From a bacterium (GTDB lineage Bacteria; UBA8248), in NCBI GenBank assembly GCA_965213625.1, contig CBDBZU010000004.1:3936001-4000000 (forward strand): 64,000 nucleotides of DNA. Reading direction: 5' to 3'. A program made the position numbers and the translations under genes. Under the pieces are notes generated by a model. It saw only the letters and a program-made list of their open reading frames with translations, made no database searches and had not been told where the DNA came from. The stretch's first letter is position 1. Every line of letters begins with the position of its first letter. Shown here piece by piece: positions 1 through 13,000 of this stretch.

Positions 1-253
1 TGCGCCATATCGGAGACTTGACGTCACCCGCCCGTGCGCGTCCCCCGCCCTTTTGCTTGAAGGGCTTCGCGCCCGTGCCGTGCACTTCCTTGCGCGTCAG
101 CGTCGAATGCGTGCCCGCGCGCCGCGCCGCGAGTTGCGCTTTCACCATCTGGTGGATCAGGTGCATCTTCACCTGCCCGTCAAAAACGGACTCGGGCAGA
201 TCCATCTGCTCCACTACCTGTCCTTCGAGGTCATACACATCAATCTGAGGCAT
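1..253 (-). CDS. rplD: 50S ribosomal protein L4, partial (runs off window start)
   Basis: Manual translation from ATG at 253: MPQIDVYDLEG...RAGTHSTLTRKEVHGTGAKPFKQKGGGRARAGDVKSPIWR (L4 loop); follows rplC. Confidence 0.95.
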   Translation of the reverse strand, partial: MPQIDVYDLEGQVVEQMDLPESVFDGQVKMHLIHQMVKAQLAARRAGTHSTLTRKEVHGTGAKPFKQKGGGRARAGDVKSPIWR

Positions 254-261
254 CTCGCTCC

Positions 262-978
262 TCAATTCCCTCGTGCAGCCCGTTTCGAAGCCTTGAGAGG
301 ATTCAGACTCCTGGCCTGCTCTTTCGGTTTTTCAAGTCCGCCCCTGTTGCCCTTGACGCTCTTGCGCAAAATCACAAATCCATTGTTCGCCCCGGGCACG
401 GCGCCTCTGAGCAGAAGCAAATTTTCCTCGGGGATGATGTCCACCACCAAAAGCCCCTGTGTGGTGACCTTCTCGTTCCCCATTTGTCCCGGCATCTTTT
501 TGCCCTTGATAATTTTCGAGGGATACGCCGAAGCTCCCATCGCCCCCGGCAGGCGATCGAACATGCCGCCGTGAGAGGCCGGCCCGCCGCCGAATCCATG
601 ACGCTTCATCACGCCGGCGAAGCCGCGTCCCTTGCTCGTACCCGTCACGTCGAGGCGATCACCGCGATCGAATATCGTCACGTCGATGAGGCTCCCGGCT
701 TCGAGCTCGGCGTCCTCGTCCTCCAGTGGAACTTCCTTCAGATAGCGAAACGGCTGCGTACCCGCTTTCTGGAAATGGCCAAGGGCTGCTTTTGTGAGGC
801 CCTTTTCCTTACGGGGCATATACCCGAGTTGAACGGCCGCATAGCCGTCTCTCTCTTCGGTTTTACGCTGCAAGACAGTGCAAGGGCCCGCTTCGACCAC
901 CGTCACTGAAACCGCACCGCCATCCGGTGAAAACACCTGGGTCATCCCGACTTTTCGGCCAAGTAAAAATTCCATCAC
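262..978 (-). CDS. rplC: 50S ribosomal protein L3
   Basis: LGRKVGMTQ, DGYAAVQLG, GTSKGRGFAG, KKMPGQMG motifs; S10 operon position. Confidence 0.98.
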   Translation of the reverse strand: MMEFLLGRKVGMTQVFSPDGGAVSVTVVEAGPCTVLQRKTEERDGYAAVQLGYMPRKEKGLTKAALGHFQKAGTQPFRYLKEVPLEDEDAELEAGSLIDVTIFDRGDRLDVTGTSKGRGFAGVMKRHGFGGGPASHGGMFDRLPGAMGASAYPSKIIKGKKMPGQMGNEKVTTQGLLVVDIIPEENLLLLRGAVPGANNGFVILRKSVKGNRGGLEKPKEQARSLNPLKASKRAARGN

Positions 979-988
979 ATCATCCTGT

Positions 989-1297
989 CTAGTTCAGCTT
1001 GATCTCGACGTCCACGCCGGCGGCAAGCTCCAGCTTCATGAGCGCATCCACCGTCTGCTGCGTGGGCTCCATAATGTCCACGAGCCGCTTGTGCGTCCGG
1101 ATCTCGAACTGCTCTCTCGATTTCTTGTCAATGTGCGGGCCGCGCAACACCGTGTACTTGTTGATGGAAGTGGGCAGCGGCACAGGCCCCACCAGCGAAG
1201 CGCCCGTTCGCTTCACCGTATCGACAATCTCGCCCACGGACTGATCCAGCAAGCGATGATCGTATGCCTTCAGTCGAATCCGAATCTTCTGGCTCAT
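989..1297 (-). CDS. rpsJ: 30S ribosomal protein S10
   Basis: [10 protein letters not shown]...GPVPLPT...[14 protein letters not shown]. Confidence 0.99.
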   Translation of the reverse strand: MSQKIRIRLKAYDHRLLDQSVGEIVDTVKRTGASLVGPVPLPTSINKYTVLRGPHIDKKSREQFEIRTHKRLVDIMEPTQQTVDALMKLELAAGVDVEIKLN

Positions 1298-1322
1298 CTT
1301 CTCGCCCTATCCTTCCGTCGCT

Positions 1323-2501
1323 CTACTCGACGACCTCTGTGACGACGCCGGCCCCTACCGTGCGGCCCCCCTCGCGTATCGCGAAGCGAAGCTCGCGCTC
1401 CATCGCTATCGGCGTTATCAACTCCACGTCCAGCGACACGTTGTCGCCCGGCATCACCATCTCACGACCCTCGGGCAGCGTCACCAGTCCCGTCACGTCC
1501 GTCGTACGGAAATAAAACTGCGGCCTGTAGCCGTTGAAAAACGGCGTGTGACGACCGCCCTCTTCTTTCGTCAGAATGTATACCTCGCCCTTGAACTTCA
1601 GGTGCGGCATGATCGAGGCAGGCTGCGCCAGCACCTGGCCGCGCTCTATCTCGTCTTTCTTCACGCCCCGGAGCAGTACGCCCACGTTGTCGCCCGCCTG
1701 ACCCTGGTCCAGGAGTTTCCGGAACATCTCCACGCCCGTCGCAACCGTCTTGCGCGTGTCCGTGATGCCCACTATCTCCACCTCATCGCCCACGTTCACG
1801 ATCCCCCGCTCCACGCGGCCCGTCGCCACCGTCCCGCGGCCCGATATCGAGAACACGTCCTCCACAGGCATCAGGAACGGCTTGTCCACGTCGCGCACCG
1901 GTTCCGGGATGTAGCCGTCCACCGCCTCCATCAAATCGTCTATCGAGGAGGTATCCGTCCCCTCCAGGGCGCGAAGCGCCGAACCCGGAACCACAGGTAT
2001 GTCGTCGCCCGGGAACTCATACGTCGAGAGCAACTCGCGGACTTCCAGCTCCACCAGCTCCAGAAGCTCCTCGTCGTCCACCATGTCCACCTTGTTCAGG
2101 TACACGCAGATGTAGGGAACACCCACCTGGCGAGCCAGCAATATGTGCTCGCGCGTCTGAGGCATCGGTCCGTCCGCCGCCGATACCACCAGGATCGCGC
2201 CGTCCATCTGCGCAGCGCCCGTTATCATGTTCTTCACGTAGTCCGCATGGCCCGGACAGTCAACGTGCGCGTAGTGGCGGTTGTCCGTCTCGTACTCCAC
2301 GTGCGCCGTCGCTATCGTGATCCCGCGCTCGCGCTCCTCGGGCGCCTTGTCGATCTCGTCGAATCCGATCTCCTCCGCCATCCCCTTCTGTGAGAGGTGC
2401 TTCGTGATCGCGGCCGTCAACGTCGTCTTCCCATGGTCCACGTGTCCTATCGTCCCTACGTTCACGTGCGGCTTCGTGCGCTCAAACTTCGCCTTCGCCA
2501 T
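1323..2501 (-). CDS. tuf: Elongation factor Tu (copy after fusA)
   Basis: [29 protein letters not shown]. Confidence 0.99.
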   Translation of the reverse strand: MAKAKFERTKPHVNVGTIGHVDHGKTTLTAAITKHLSQKGMAEEIGFDEIDKAPEERERGITIATAHVEYETDNRHYAHVDCPGHADYVKNMITGAAQMDGAILVVSAADGPMPQTREHILLARQVGVPYICVYLNKVDMVDDEELLELVELEVRELLSTYEFPGDDIPVVPGSALRALEGTDTSSIDDLMEAVDGYIPEPVRDVDKPFLMPVEDVFSISGRGTVATGRVERGIVNVGDEVEIVGITDTRKTVATGVEMFRKLLDQGQAGDNVGVLLRGVKKDEIERGQVLAQPASIMPHLKFKGEVYILTKEEGGRHTPFFNGYRPQFYFRTTDVTGLVTLPEGREMVMPGDNVSLDVELITPIAMERELRFAIREGGRTVGAGVVTEVVE

Positions 2502-2571
2502 GGCTTGCCTTCTCCTTCTGATAGAAAATCAAAGAGGGCGGCTAACTCGCGCCCTCTCCAGAAATACCTTC

Positions 2572-4683
2572 CTAAACCGTTTCGACCGCCGTGCCTGCGT
2601 TTTTCGCCATCAGTTCCTCGGCAAGCTGCCGCGGCATCTCTTCATAGCGACCGAACTGCATCGTATAGGTCGCCCTGCCCTGAGTCATCGACCGTACGTC
2701 CGTCGCGTAACCGAACATTTCCGAGAGCGGAACGGAGGCGTTCACCACCTTGGCGCCCGCCCTGTCTTCCATCTCGCGAATCCGGCCGCGCCGGGAGGTG
2801 AGATCTCCCATTACATCGCCCAGAAAATCCGAGGGAGACACCACTTCCATATCCATGATGGGCTCGAGCAGAACGGGTTTCGCCTTCTTCGCGGCCTCCC
2901 TGAAAGCCATGGAGCCTGCGATTTTGAAGGCCACCTCGGAACTGTCGACCTGGTGGAACGAACCATCGAAAAGCGTCACCTCGATATCGAGCAACGGGTA
3001 TCCGGCCATAACCCCGTTTTCCATTGCTTCCCTGATGCCATTTTCGACCGCCGGTATGTATTCTCTTGGAATTACGCCACCCACGATCTTATTGACGAAC
3101 TGAAAGCCACCGCCCGGAGTGAGCGGCTTGATGGCAATCTCCACGTCCCCGAACTGCCCGCGACCGCCGGATTGGCGCACGAAACGACCGCGCGCGGTGG
3201 CCTCGGCCCGAATCGTCTCCCGATAGGCAACCTGGGGTTTACCCACGCTGGCCTCGAGCGCGAATTCGCGGAAGAGCCTGTCCACTAGAATTTCCAGGTG
3301 CAACTCTCCCATGCCGGAGAGGATGGTCTGCGCCGTTTCCTCGTCCGAACGCACCCGGAAGGTCGGGTCCTCATCCGAGAGCCTCGCCAGAGCATTGCCG
3401 AGCTTGTCCTGGTCGGATTTCGTTTTCGGCTCGATGGCGATGGAAATAACGGGTTCGGGAAAATTGATGCTTTCAAGAAGGATGGGGTGGGAGGGAGCAC
3501 AGAGGGTGTGGCCTGTTTTCGCCTGTTTGATGCCCAAGGCGGCGACGATATCGCCTGCATGGGCCTCCTGTATCTCCTCACGCTTGTTTGCGTGCATTCG
3601 CATGAGACGCCCTACGCGCTCCTGTTTGCCGGTAATCGTGTTCAATACGAAGGAACCCGATTTCAGCACACCGGAATAAATGCGTATAAATACCAATTGG
3701 CCCACATATGGGTCCGTCATTACCTTGAAAGTCAGCGCGCACAGCGGATCTTCGTCCGAGGGCGCTCTCTCTTCGGGCTTTCTGCCCAGTTCCAAATCTT
3801 CATCTGACAAGATTGCCTGAACGGGAGGAATTTCCAGAGGAGAGGGGAGATAGTCGATGATCGCGTCGAGCAGCAGCTGAACGCCCTTGTTCCTAAACGC
3901 GGAGCCGCATACGACAGGAACGAATTTTCCGCTGATCGTTCCCTGTCGAATCGCGGCCCGAATCTCCTCGGGAGAAATCTCCTCACCTTCCAAGTATTTC
4001 TCCATCAACGAATCATCGAACATCGAGAGCGTGTCGAAGAGCTTTTCTCTTAATTCTTCCGCTTCCGCCCTCAGATCCTCGGGCACTTCCGCCTCTCTGT
4101 AGGATGCGCCCATCGGATCGTCAAACACCCTCGCCTTCATCGTCACGATATCCACCATACCGGCGAAGTGCTCTTCCGCCCCGATCGGCAGTTGCAACAC
4201 GAGCGGGTTCGCGGCGAGACGTTCCCTTACTTCATTCACCACTCTTTGGAAATCCGCACCCGTCCTGTCCATCTTGTTGATGAACACGAGGCGTGGGACG
4301 CCGTATTTCTCCGCTTGGCGCCAGACTGTCTCGCTTTGAGGCTCTACGCCGCCTACGGCGCAAAACACCGCCACGGTGCCGTCCAGAACCCGAAGGCTCC
4401 TCTCCACCTCTGCCGTGAAATCCACATGGCCAGGCGTGTCGATGATGTTGATGACGTGATCGTTCCATGCGCAACGCGTTGCCGCGGAAGTGATTGTGAT
4501 GCCGCGCTCTTGTTCTTGCTCCATCCAGTCCATGGTGGCCGCGCCGTCATGAACCTCGCCCATCTTGTGGGTTCTGCCCGTGTAGAACAGGACGCGCTCG
4601 GTCGTCGTCGTCTTGCCGGCATCGATGTGCGCCATGATGCCGATGTTTCTCGTTTTCCTGAGCGCTTCGCCTGACACGGTCAA
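2572..4683 (-). CDS. fusA: Elongation factor G (canonical, str operon)
   Basis: [40 protein letters not shown]. Confidence 0.99.
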   Translation of the reverse strand: MTVSGEALRKTRNIGIMAHIDAGKTTTTERVLFYTGRTHKMGEVHDGAATMDWMEQEQERGITITSAATRCAWNDHVINIIDTPGHVDFTAEVERSLRVLDGTVAVFCAVGGVEPQSETVWRQAEKYGVPRLVFINKMDRTGADFQRVVNEVRERLAANPLVLQLPIGAEEHFAGMVDIVTMKARVFDDPMGASYREAEVPEDLRAEAEELREKLFDTLSMFDDSLMEKYLEGEEISPEEIRAAIRQGTISGKFVPVVCGSAFRNKGVQLLLDAIIDYLPSPLEIPPVQAILSDEDLELGRKPEERAPSDEDPLCALTFKVMTDPYVGQLVFIRIYSGVLKSGSFVLNTITGKQERVGRLMRMHANKREEIQEAHAGDIVAALGIKQAKTGHTLCAPSHPILLESINFPEPVISIAIEPKTKSDQDKLGNALARLSDEDPTFRVRSDEETAQTILSGMGELHLEILVDRLFREFALEASVGKPQVAYRETIRAEATARGRFVRQSGGRGQFGDVEIAIKPLTPGGGFQFVNKIVGGVIPREYIPAVENGIREAMENGVMAGYPLLDIEVTLFDGSFHQVDSSEVAFKIAGSMAFREAAKKAKPVLLEPIMDMEVVSPSDFLGDVMGDLTSRRGRIREMEDRAGAKVVNASVPLSEMFGYATDVRSMTQGRATYTMQFGRYEEMPRQLAEELMAKNAGTAVETV

Positions 4684-4696
4684 TCCTTCCCTCAGC

Positions 4697-5164
4697 CTAC
4701 CAACGATAATGGGCGAAGGCTTTGTTCGCCTCCGCCATGCGGTGCGTGTTCTCTCTCAAGCGAACGGCGCCGCCCGTATCGTTTGCGGCGTCCATGATCT
4801 CGGCTGCGAGGCCGTTTGCTATCCTTCTGTCCCGGCTCCTGGCGTTCTGAATTATCCAGCGGATGCTGAGCGCCGTGCGCCTGTCGGGCCGCACTTCCAC
4901 GGGCACCTGATAGGTGGCGCCACCCACGCGCCTGGAGCGAACCTCAAGAGCAGGCTTCACGTTGTCCATGGCGCGCTTGAAGACCTTGATGGGATCTTCT
5001 TTCATCTTCTCTTCCACCACGTCCATCGCCCCGTAGAACACACGCTCGGCCAAACTCTTCTTCCCCTTGAGCATCAAGGAGTTGATGAACTTGGTCACCA
5101 GCCGGTCGTTGAACTTCGGATCCGGCAATACGGTTCTTTTCGTGGCTCTTTTTCTTCTCGCCAT
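4697..5164 (-). CDS. rpsG: 30S ribosomal protein S7
   Basis: [27 protein letters not shown]. Confidence 0.99.
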   Translation of the reverse strand: MARRKRATKRTVLPDPKFNDRLVTKFINSLMLKGKKSLAERVFYGAMDVVEEKMKEDPIKVFKRAMDNVKPALEVRSRRVGGATYQVPVEVRPDRRTALSIRWIIQNARSRDRRIANGLAAEIMDAANDTGGAVRLRENTHRMAEANKAFAHYRW

Positions 5165-5206
5165 GGAATAAGAATCTCCCTACTGTACCTTAAACGAGAA
5201 CGCCGC

Positions 5207-5581
5207 CTACCTCGGCTTTTTCGCCCCGTACTTGGAACGTCCGTTGCGGCGCGCCTCCACGCCCACGCTGTCCAGAGTTCCCCGGACGACGTGGTAACGA
5301 ATACCGGGCAAATCCTTCACGCGTCCGCCGCGAATCAATACGATGGAGTGTTCCTGAAGGTTGTGGCCCTCGCCCGGAATGTAGGTGGTCACCTCCATTC
5401 CGTTGGTGAGACGTACGCGCGCGACCTTCCGGAGCGCCGAGTTCGGCTTTTTGGGCGTCGTCGTATAGACACGCACGCAAACGCCGCGTTTCTGGGGACA
5501 ATTTCGCAGCGCCGGACTGTCGGTTTTCGTCTGGATCCGCTTGCGTCCCTTGCGTATCAACTGGCTGATCGTCGGCACCAT
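5207..5581 (-). CDS. rpsL: 30S ribosomal protein S12
   Basis: [20 protein letters not shown]; start could be GTG at 5578. Confidence 0.99.
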   Translation of the reverse strand: MVPTISQLIRKGRKRIQTKTDSPALRNCPQKRGVCVRVYTTTPKKPNSALRKVARVRLTNGMEVTTYIPGEGHNLQEHSIVLIRGGRVKDLPGIRYHVVRGTLDSVGVEARRNGRSKYGAKKPR

Positions 5582-5780
5582 TTACTCCGAATCATGAGAA
5601 AGCCACCCCGAAAAAACCCTGCTCTTTCGAGACCAAAGCGTTCTTTGCCCTCATCTCGGGGCCTTTTATTTCGTCTTCGGCTGAATCCCGAGATGGGGCA
5701 GCCAAATATCTATAATTATTTCAATTACTTGCGAGGCTCTGCGACTTCAATAACCGCCCTCGCCAGACAACGAAGCGGCG

Positions 5781-5808
5781 ATTATAGCCCTACACGCGCT
5801 CATGTCAA
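5781..5808 (-). promoter_or_regulatory. sigma70 promoter of the str operon
   Basis: Minus strand TTGACA-16 nt-TATAAT about 200 nt upstream of rpsL. Confidence 0.85.
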
Positions 5809-5843
5809 CCTCGCGCGTGGAAAAATTTACATATTTCAAGGGG

Positions 5844-8800
5844 TTATTCCGAGGGCACCCCTTCTTCCGCCGTGGGGGCCGTTTCCTCTTCCTCGTCCAC
5901 GATCGCGGGAATATCATCGCCGATGGGCGCAAGCTCCACCTCGGGGGAGAGAAGCTCCACCTGCTGGTAGCGGCGCGCGCCGGTGCCGGCCGGAATCAGC
6001 CTGCCCATGATGACGTTTTCCTTGAGACCGCGCAGGAAATCCACCTTGCCGGAAACTGCGGCTTGCGTGAGAACGCGGGTGGTCTCCTGGAAGGAAGCCG
6101 CCGAGATGAAGCTGTCCGTCGACAGGGAGGCGCGGGTGATGCCGAGCAAAATAGGCCGGCCCGTAGCTGGGGTTTTCCCCTCTTCCTCAGCCTCCTGGTT
6201 GCGCCGCTGGAAGAGATCGCGCGTCACCTGTTCACCGATGACGAGGTCGGTTTCTCCCGGATCAACGACTTCGAGCCTTCTGAGCATCTGCCGCACGATG
6301 ATCTCGATGTGCTTGTCGTTGATGTTCACGCCCTGGAGGCGATACACCTCCTGCACCTCGTTGACGAGATAGTTCTGTAATTCATTCTCACCGAGCACCG
6401 CCAGGATGTCGTGCGGATTCACGGCGCCGTCCATGAGCGGCTCGCCCGCCCTCACGAAATCGCCTTCCTGCACGTTCACGTGCTTGCCCCGGGGGATGAG
6501 GTACTCGCGCTCATCGCCTTCCTCGGAAACAACCATGAGGCGGCGCATGCCCCGCAGCGTGCCGGCGAACTTAACGTGCCCGTTGATCTCGGAGATCACG
6601 GCGTTCTCCTTGGGCTTGCGCGCTTCAAACAACTCGGCGACGCGCGGCAGGCCGCCCGTGATGTCCTTGGTTTTGGACGTTTCGCGCGTGATCTTGAAAA
6701 TGATGTCGCCGGCGGAGATCGCCTCCCCCTCCTGGACGCTGATGTGCGCGCCGGCAGGCAGGGGGTATACGGAGATTTGCTCGCCCGCGGCATCGAGCAA
6801 TGCGGCGCGCGGCTGTAGTTTCTCATCGGCGTGATCGAGGATCACACGACGCGAGAGACCGGTGATCTCATCGATCTCCTCCTGCATCGTGAGACCTTCA
6901 ATGACGTCGAGCAGGGCGATGCTCCCCTCTTTTTCCGCCATTATCGAGAATGTATAGGGATCCCACTCGAGGAGTATCTCGCCCTCGCTTACCCTGGAAT
7001 TCTCCCGCGAGCGGACATAGGCGCCGTAGACCACGGGGTAGCGCTCGCGTTCGCGGCCCGTCTCGTCGCAGATGGCAATCTGTCCGTTGCGGTTCATGTT
7101 GATGAGATCACCCTTCTTGCTCGTGATGATCCGCAAGTTGATGTATTTAACGAAACCCTCGCGCTTGGCCTCCACCGTACTCTGCTCGCCCGCGCGCGTG
7201 GCCGTTCCGCCAATGTGGAACGTACGCATGGTGAGCTGCGTGCCCGGTTCGCCGATGGACTGGGCGGCAATGACGCCGACCGCCTCTCCAACCTCAACGA
7301 GCTGACCCGTGGCCAGACTCCGGCCATAGCATTTCGAGCAAACGCCCGAGTGGGACTCACACGTGAGCACCGAGCGAATCGTGACTCTCTCCACACCAGC
7401 GTTTTCGATAAGGCGAACCTTCTCCTCGTTGATTTCCTCACTCGCCGCGCAGAGAACCTCGTTGTTGAAGGGGTCCCGGATATCGTTCAGGGCGATCCGG
7501 CCGATGATGCGCTCGCCCAGCGTCTGGATGATCTCGCCTCCCTCGACGAGGGCGCTCATCTCGATGCCGTTGATGGTTCCGCAGTCTTCCTCGTTTATGA
7601 TGATGTCCTGGGCCACGTCGACAAGCCGGCGCGTCAGATATCCGCTGTTCGCCGTCTTGAGCGCGGTGTCCGCCAATCCCTTGCGCGCGCCGTGCGTGGA
7701 TATGAAGTACTGGAGCACCGAGAGACCCTCTCGGAAGTTCGCCGTGATCGGCGTTTCGATGATCTCGCCCGATGGTTTGGCCATCAGACCCCGCATGCCG
7801 CCGAGCTGACGTAACTGGGCCGTGCTGCCGCGCGCGCCCGAGTCGGCCATGATGTAGATGGGGTTGAAGTCAAACGGCTGGCCGTCATCGCCGCCCGGCC
7901 CGCTCATCGCAGATTCATCTTCTTCTTCGAGCACTTTGAACATTTCGCCCGAGACCTCCTCGGTCACGTGCGACCAGATGTCGATGATCTTGTTGTATCG
8001 TTCTCCATCCGTAATCAGGCCGTCGCGGTACTCTTTTTCGACCTCGAGCACCTCGCCCCGGGCATCCTCCGTGAGTCCGCCCTTGCTGAACGGCACCTTC
8101 ATATCGTCGATGGAGATGGAGATGCCCGCCTGGGTGGCGTGCGTGAAGCCGAGGTTCTTTAGCGCATCCAGGAACGTGACTGTCTTCGAGCGGCCCGCTT
8201 TCTCGTAGCAGGTGGCGACGAGGCTCGTGAGCGCGCGCTTGTCCATGACGCAGTTCGCCGCCTCGAAAGGAACACCATCGGGCAAAATCTCGTACAAGAG
8301 AACCCGTCCGACGGTGGTTTCCACCAATTCGTCTCCCAGACGTATCCGGATGCGCGTCTGCAGGCCCACCTCACCCTGGTCGAATGCAACTCTCGCCTCG
8401 TTCACGTTGCCGAACACGTGGCCCTCGCCCTTGGAGCCGCCGCGCGGCTTCGTCAGGTAATAACAGCCCAGAATGATGTCCTGGCTGGGCACAGCCAGAG
8501 GCATACCGTTCGCCGGCGAGAGAATGTTGTTCGCCGAGAGCATCAGCACGCGCGTCTCCTCAACGGCCTCCACCGAAAGGGGCACGTGCACCGCCATCTG
8601 GTCGCCGTCGAAATCCGCGTTGAACGCCGCGCAAACGAGAGGATGCACGCGAATGGCCTTGCCCTCCACCAGAACCGGCATGAAAGCCTGCATGCCGAGG
8701 CGGTGCAGCGTGGGCGCGCGATTGAGTATTACCGGATGGTTGCGAACCACATCTTCGAGCACGTCCCAAACCTCGGGGCGCTCCTCCTCGACCATCTTCT

Positions 8801-9995
8801 TGGCCGCCTTGATGGTGGCGACCAAGCCTTTCTCCTCCAAGCGATTGAAAATGAAAGGTTTGAATAGTTCAAGCGCCATCTTTTTCGGGAGCCCGCACTG
8901 GTTGAACTTGAGTTCCGGGCCGATGACGATGACCGAGCGGCCCGAATAATCCACCCGCTTGCCCAGCAGATTCTGGCGGAAGCGGCCCTGTTTTCCCTTG
9001 AGCATGTCGGAGAGGCTCTTGAGAGGACGCTTGTTCGGACCCCGAAGCAAGCGACCCCTGCGGCCATTGTCGAACAGGGCGTCCACCGCTTCCTGGAGCA
9101 TGCGCTTCTCGTTTCGGATGATGATGTCCGGCGCCCGCAATTCCTGAAGCCTGAGCAACCTGTTGTTGCGGTTGATCACCCGGCGGTAGAGATCATTCAG
9201 ATCGCTCGTGGCAAAGCGCCCGCCGTCGAGCGGCACCAGGGGCCTGAGTTCGGGCGGCAACACCGGAATTACTTCGAGTATCATCCACTCTGCGCGGTTG
9301 CCCGAATTCTTGAATGAATCGACCACCTTCAAGCGCTTGATGAGCTTGCGGCGTTTTTGAAGATTCGAGGTGTCGCGGATATCCGCCTTGAGCTCCGCCG
9401 AGAGCGCTTCCAGCTCCAACTGAGAGAGCAGTTCGCGAATCGCCTCCGCGCCGATGCCGATTTTATATTCGTCCTCGTCGTATTCCTCATCAACCTTACG
9501 GAATTGATCTTCGGTGAGGAGTTCTAATTTCTTCAGTTCCGTCTCGCCCGGATCGATGACGACGTAGTTCTCGAAATAGAGAATCCGCTCGAGCTCGCGA
9601 AGCGTCATGTCGAGCATGTTGCCGATTCGGCTGGGCAGACCCTTGAAGAACCATACGTGAGAGACCGGAGTGGCCAGTTCGATGTGGCCCAGACGCTCTC
9701 GCCGCACTTTCGAGGATATGACCTCTACGCCGCATTTCTCGCAAACCACACCCCTGTACTTCATTCGCTTGTACTTGCCGCAAAGGCATTCGTAATCCTT
9801 CACGGGGCCGAATATGACCGCGCAGAACAGTCCGTCCCGCTCGGGTCGGAACGTCCGGTAGTTGATGGTCTCGGGTTTTTTCACCTCGCCCGAAGACCAG
9901 GCGCGAATGGTATGCGGAGAAGCGATGCGAATGCGTATCGCGTCGAAAGATACCGGATCCTTGGGCTTTTCGAATAGATTCAAGTTGCTGTCCAA
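5844..9995 (-). CDS. rpoC: RNA polymerase beta' subunit
   Basis: NADFDGD, Zn-finger CLCGKY..CEKC; start placed at TTG 9995 behind AAGGAGG. Confidence 0.98.
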   Translation of the reverse strand: MDSNLNLFEKPKDPVSFDAIRIRIASPHTIRAWSSGEVKKPETINYRTFRPERDGLFCAVIFGPVKDYECLCGKYKRMKYRGVVCEKCGVEVISSKVRRERLGHIELATPVSHVWFFKGLPSRIGNMLDMTLRELERILYFENYVVIDPGETELKKLELLTEDQFRKVDEEYDEDEYKIGIGAEAIRELLSQLELEALSAELKADIRDTSNLQKRRKLIKRLKVVDSFKNSGNRAEWMILEVIPVLPPELRPLVPLDGGRFATSDLNDLYRRVINRNNRLLRLQELRAPDIIIRNEKRMLQEAVDALFDNGRRGRLLRGPNKRPLKSLSDMLKGKQGRFRQNLLGKRVDYSGRSVIVIGPELKFNQCGLPKKMALELFKPFIFNRLEEKGLVATIKAAKKMVEEERPEVWDVLEDVVRNHPVILNRAPTLHRLGMQAFMPVLVEGKAIRVHPLVCAAFNADFDGDQMAVHVPLSVEAVEETRVLMLSANNILSPANGMPLAVPSQDIILGCYYLTKPRGGSKGEGHVFGNVNEARVAFDQGEVGLQTRIRIRLGDELVETTVGRVLLYEILPDGVPFEAANCVMDKRALTSLVATCYEKAGRSKTVTFLDALKNLGFTHATQAGISISIDDMKVPFSKGGLTEDARGEVLEVEKEYRDGLITDGERYNKIIDIWSHVTEEVSGEMFKVLEEEDESAMSGPGGDDGQPFDFNPIYIMADSGARGSTAQLRQLGGMRGLMAKPSGEIIETPITANFREGLSVLQYFISTHGARKGLADTALKTANSGYLTRRLVDVAQDIIINEEDCGTINGIEMSALVEGGEIIQTLGERIIGRIALNDIRDPFNNEVLCAASEEINEEKVRLIENAGVERVTIRSVLTCESHSGVCSKCYGRSLATGQLVEVGEAVGVIAAQSIGEPGTQLTMRTFHIGGTATRAGEQSTVEAKREGFVKYINLRIITSKKGDLINMNRNGQIAICDETGRERERYPVVYGAYVRSRENSRVSEGEILLEWDPYTFSIMAEKEGSIALLDVIEGLTMQEEIDEITGLSRRVILDHADEKLQPRAALLDAAGEQISVYPLPAGAHISVQEGEAISAGDIIFKITRETSKTKDITGGLPRVAELFEARKPKENAVISEINGHVKFAGTLRGMRRLMVVSEEGDEREYLIPRGKHVNVQEGDFVRAGEPLMDGAVNPHDILAVLGENELQNYLVNEVQEVYRLQGVNINDKHIEIIVRQMLRRLEVVDPGETDLVIGEQVTRDLFQRRNQEAEEEGKTPATGRPILLGITRASLSTDSFISAASFQETTRVLTQAAVSGKVDFLRGLKENVIMGRLIPAGTGARRYQQVELLSPEVELAPIGDDIPAIVDEEEETAPTAEEGVPSE

Positions 9996-10079
9996 TTCAA
10001 CCCTCCTTGGGAGTATGCGCCTCATCCCTTGGGCGACGGTCGATGGAACCGCCGAACAAACAGACTCAATAGTTCAAGG

Positions 10080-13000
10080 CTAGCTCGGCGCCTCGCCGCT
10101 CTCTATCAATTCGACATCGAGAGCGAGACTCTGGAGCTCTTTCATCAACACGTTGAAGGACTCGGGCAAACTCGCCTCCAGCGAGTTCTCGCCCTTCACG
10201 ATGGACTCGTAAATCCGCGTGCGTCCGGAGACATCGTCGCTCTTCACCGTCAGTATCTCCTGCAACGTCTTGGCGGCGCCGTAGGCCTCAAGCGCCCAGA
10301 CCTCCATCTCGCCGAGGCGCTGTCCGCCGAATTGCGCCTTGCCGCCGAGAGGCTGCTGCGTCACCAATGAGTAGGGGCCGGTCGAGCGCGCGTGAATCTT
10401 GTCGTCAACAAGATGGTGGAGTTTGAGCATGTAGATCATCCCCACCGTAACCTTTTGCTCGAAGGACTGGCCGGTTTTGCCGTCATAGAGCTGGGTTTTG
10501 CCATAAGGCGGGAGTTCGGCCTCTTCCGTATAGCGGACGATGTCCTGCTCCGTCGCGCCGTCGAACACCGGCGTCGCGAAATGCTTGCCCAGCACCTTCG
10601 CGGCCCACCCCAGGTTCGTCTCCAGAATCTGGCCGACGTTCATGCGCGAGGGTACGCCGAGGGGGTTGAGCACGATTTCGATGGGCGTGCCGTCGTCGAG
10701 ATAGGGCATATCCTCCTCGGGAACGATGATGGACACGACGCCCTTGTTGCCGTGGCGGCCCGCCATTTTGTCGCCCACCTGGAGCTTGCGCTTCATCGCC
10801 ACGTAGACCTTCGCCATCTTGAGAACACCGGGAGGAAGCTCGTCGCCGCGCTGAAGCTTGGCTATCTTCTCCTGCAAAATACTGTCGAGCAACTCCACTT
10901 GCTCGTTCGTGTGCTCGGACATGGTCTTGACCTGTTCGAGCAACTCGTTTTCGACGGGAAGGTTCAGGAGGTAGTCGCCGCTGAAACTCGCGAGACCCTC
11001 CGCGTTGAGTTTTTCACCCTTTTTGAAATAGCTCTCGCCCGATCGGGGGTGAACCACATCTGCGAGAGCGAGCTGCCCGATGAGCAGAGAGCGGATTCTC
11101 GCGTCACCCTCTTCGAGGAGAATGCGGATTTCATCCCCGTAATCTTTCTCCAGCCTGTTGACCTCCGCCTCCTCGATCTGAAGCATGCGGGCATCCTTCT
11201 CGGCGCCCCGCCTGGAGAATACGCGCACCTCCACGACCGTACCCTCGATTCCCGGAGGCACCCTGAGTGAAGAGTCGCGGACGTCGCCCGCCTTCTCACC
11301 GAAGATGGCGCGCAGCAGTTTCTCCTCGGGGCTGAGCTGCGTCTCTCCTTTTGGCGTGATGCGCCCTACGAGCACGTCTCCCGGGTTGACCCGCGCGCCC
11401 ACGCGAACGATTCCGCTCTCATCGAGGTCGCGCAGCGCCTCTTCGCTCTGATTCGGAATGTCGCGCGTTATTTCTTCGGGGCCTTGTTTCGTGTCGCGCG
11501 CCTCGATCTCGAACTCTTCGATGTGCAAGGAGGTATAAATGTCTTCCTTCACCACCTTTTCGGAAATGACGATGGCATCCTCGAAGTTGTAGCCGTTCCA
11601 GGGCATGAAGGCGACGAGCATGTTTCTCCCCAGAGCAAGCTCACCCTGGTCGGTGGAGAATCCATCCGCGATGATGTCGCCCTGCTTCACATCCTGTCCG
11701 ACGTGCACGATGGGTTTTTGGTTGATGCAGGTGTTCTGGTTCGAACGGCGATACTTCACCAGGTTGTGGATGTAGACGCCCTCTTCGGCCAGGTTGCCTG
11801 CCTGCTCTTTCGCGCGAATCACGATTCGGGTCGCATCCACGCTCGCCACCCGGCCGTCGCACTGCGCGATGACGACCGCGCCCGAATCCCTCGCCGCGAT
11901 GCCCTCCATGCCGGTGCCGACGTAGGGCGCCTCGGGCCGCAGCAGGGGAACCGCCTGGCGCTGCATGTTCGAACCCATGAGCGCGCGGTTCGCGTCATCA
12001 TTCTCCAGGAACGGAATCAGGGAGGTGGCCACGCTCACCAACTGCTTGGGCGAGACGTCCATGTAGTCCACCTGCTCACGGGGCACCATGACGAACTCAC
12101 CGCTCGTCCTCGCCGAGACGAACTCGTTGACGAGGTTGCCCTTATCGTCCACGGGCGCGTTCGCCTGGGCGATCTTGTACTTGTCTTCGTCGATCGCCGA
12201 GAGCCATTCGACGGATTCGCCCACGCGCCCGTTCACCACCTTGCGGCAAGGGGTTTCGATGAACCCGTACTGGTTCACGCGCGCATATGTGGAGAGACTC
12301 GCTATCAGCCCGATGTTCGGCCCCTCAGGCGTCTCGATGGGGCAAATGCGTCCGTAGTGAGTGGCATGGACGTCACGCACCTCGAAACCCGCCCGATCGC
12401 GCGTCAAGCCGCCGGGGCCCAAGGCCGAGAGCCTGCGCTTGTGGGTGATCTCCGAGAGGGGATTCGTCTGGTCCATGAACTGGCTCAACTGGCTGGAGCC
12501 GAAAAATTCTTTCACCGCCGCCGTAATCATCTTGGAGTTGACCAGATCGCGCACCATCAGGTTCTCCATGTCCTGGATGCTCAGCCGTTCGCGAATGGCG
12601 CGCTCCATGCGCACGAGACCGACACGGAACTGGCTTTCGAGCAACTCGCCCACGGAGCGTACACGCCGGTTGCCGAGATGATCGATGTCGTCCACCGCGC
12701 CCTGGCCGTGGCGAAGTTCGATGATGTAGCGAACCGTGGCGATGACGTCGTTGAGCGTCAGGGTTCTCTGGTCCAGCGGCAGGTTCAGGCCCAGCTTCGT
12801 GTTCAGTTTCAGCCGCCCGATGCGCGACAAGTCGTATCGTTTCGAATTGAAAAAGAGATTTTCGAAGAGCAGCCGCGCCGTTTCCTTCGTCGGCGGATCG
12901 CCCGGGCGTAGGCGCTTGTAAATTTCGACGAGAGCGTCTTCTTGCGTATCGCATTTATCCGACGTCAGGGTGTCGCGGATGGTCCTGTCCGCGCCGACGC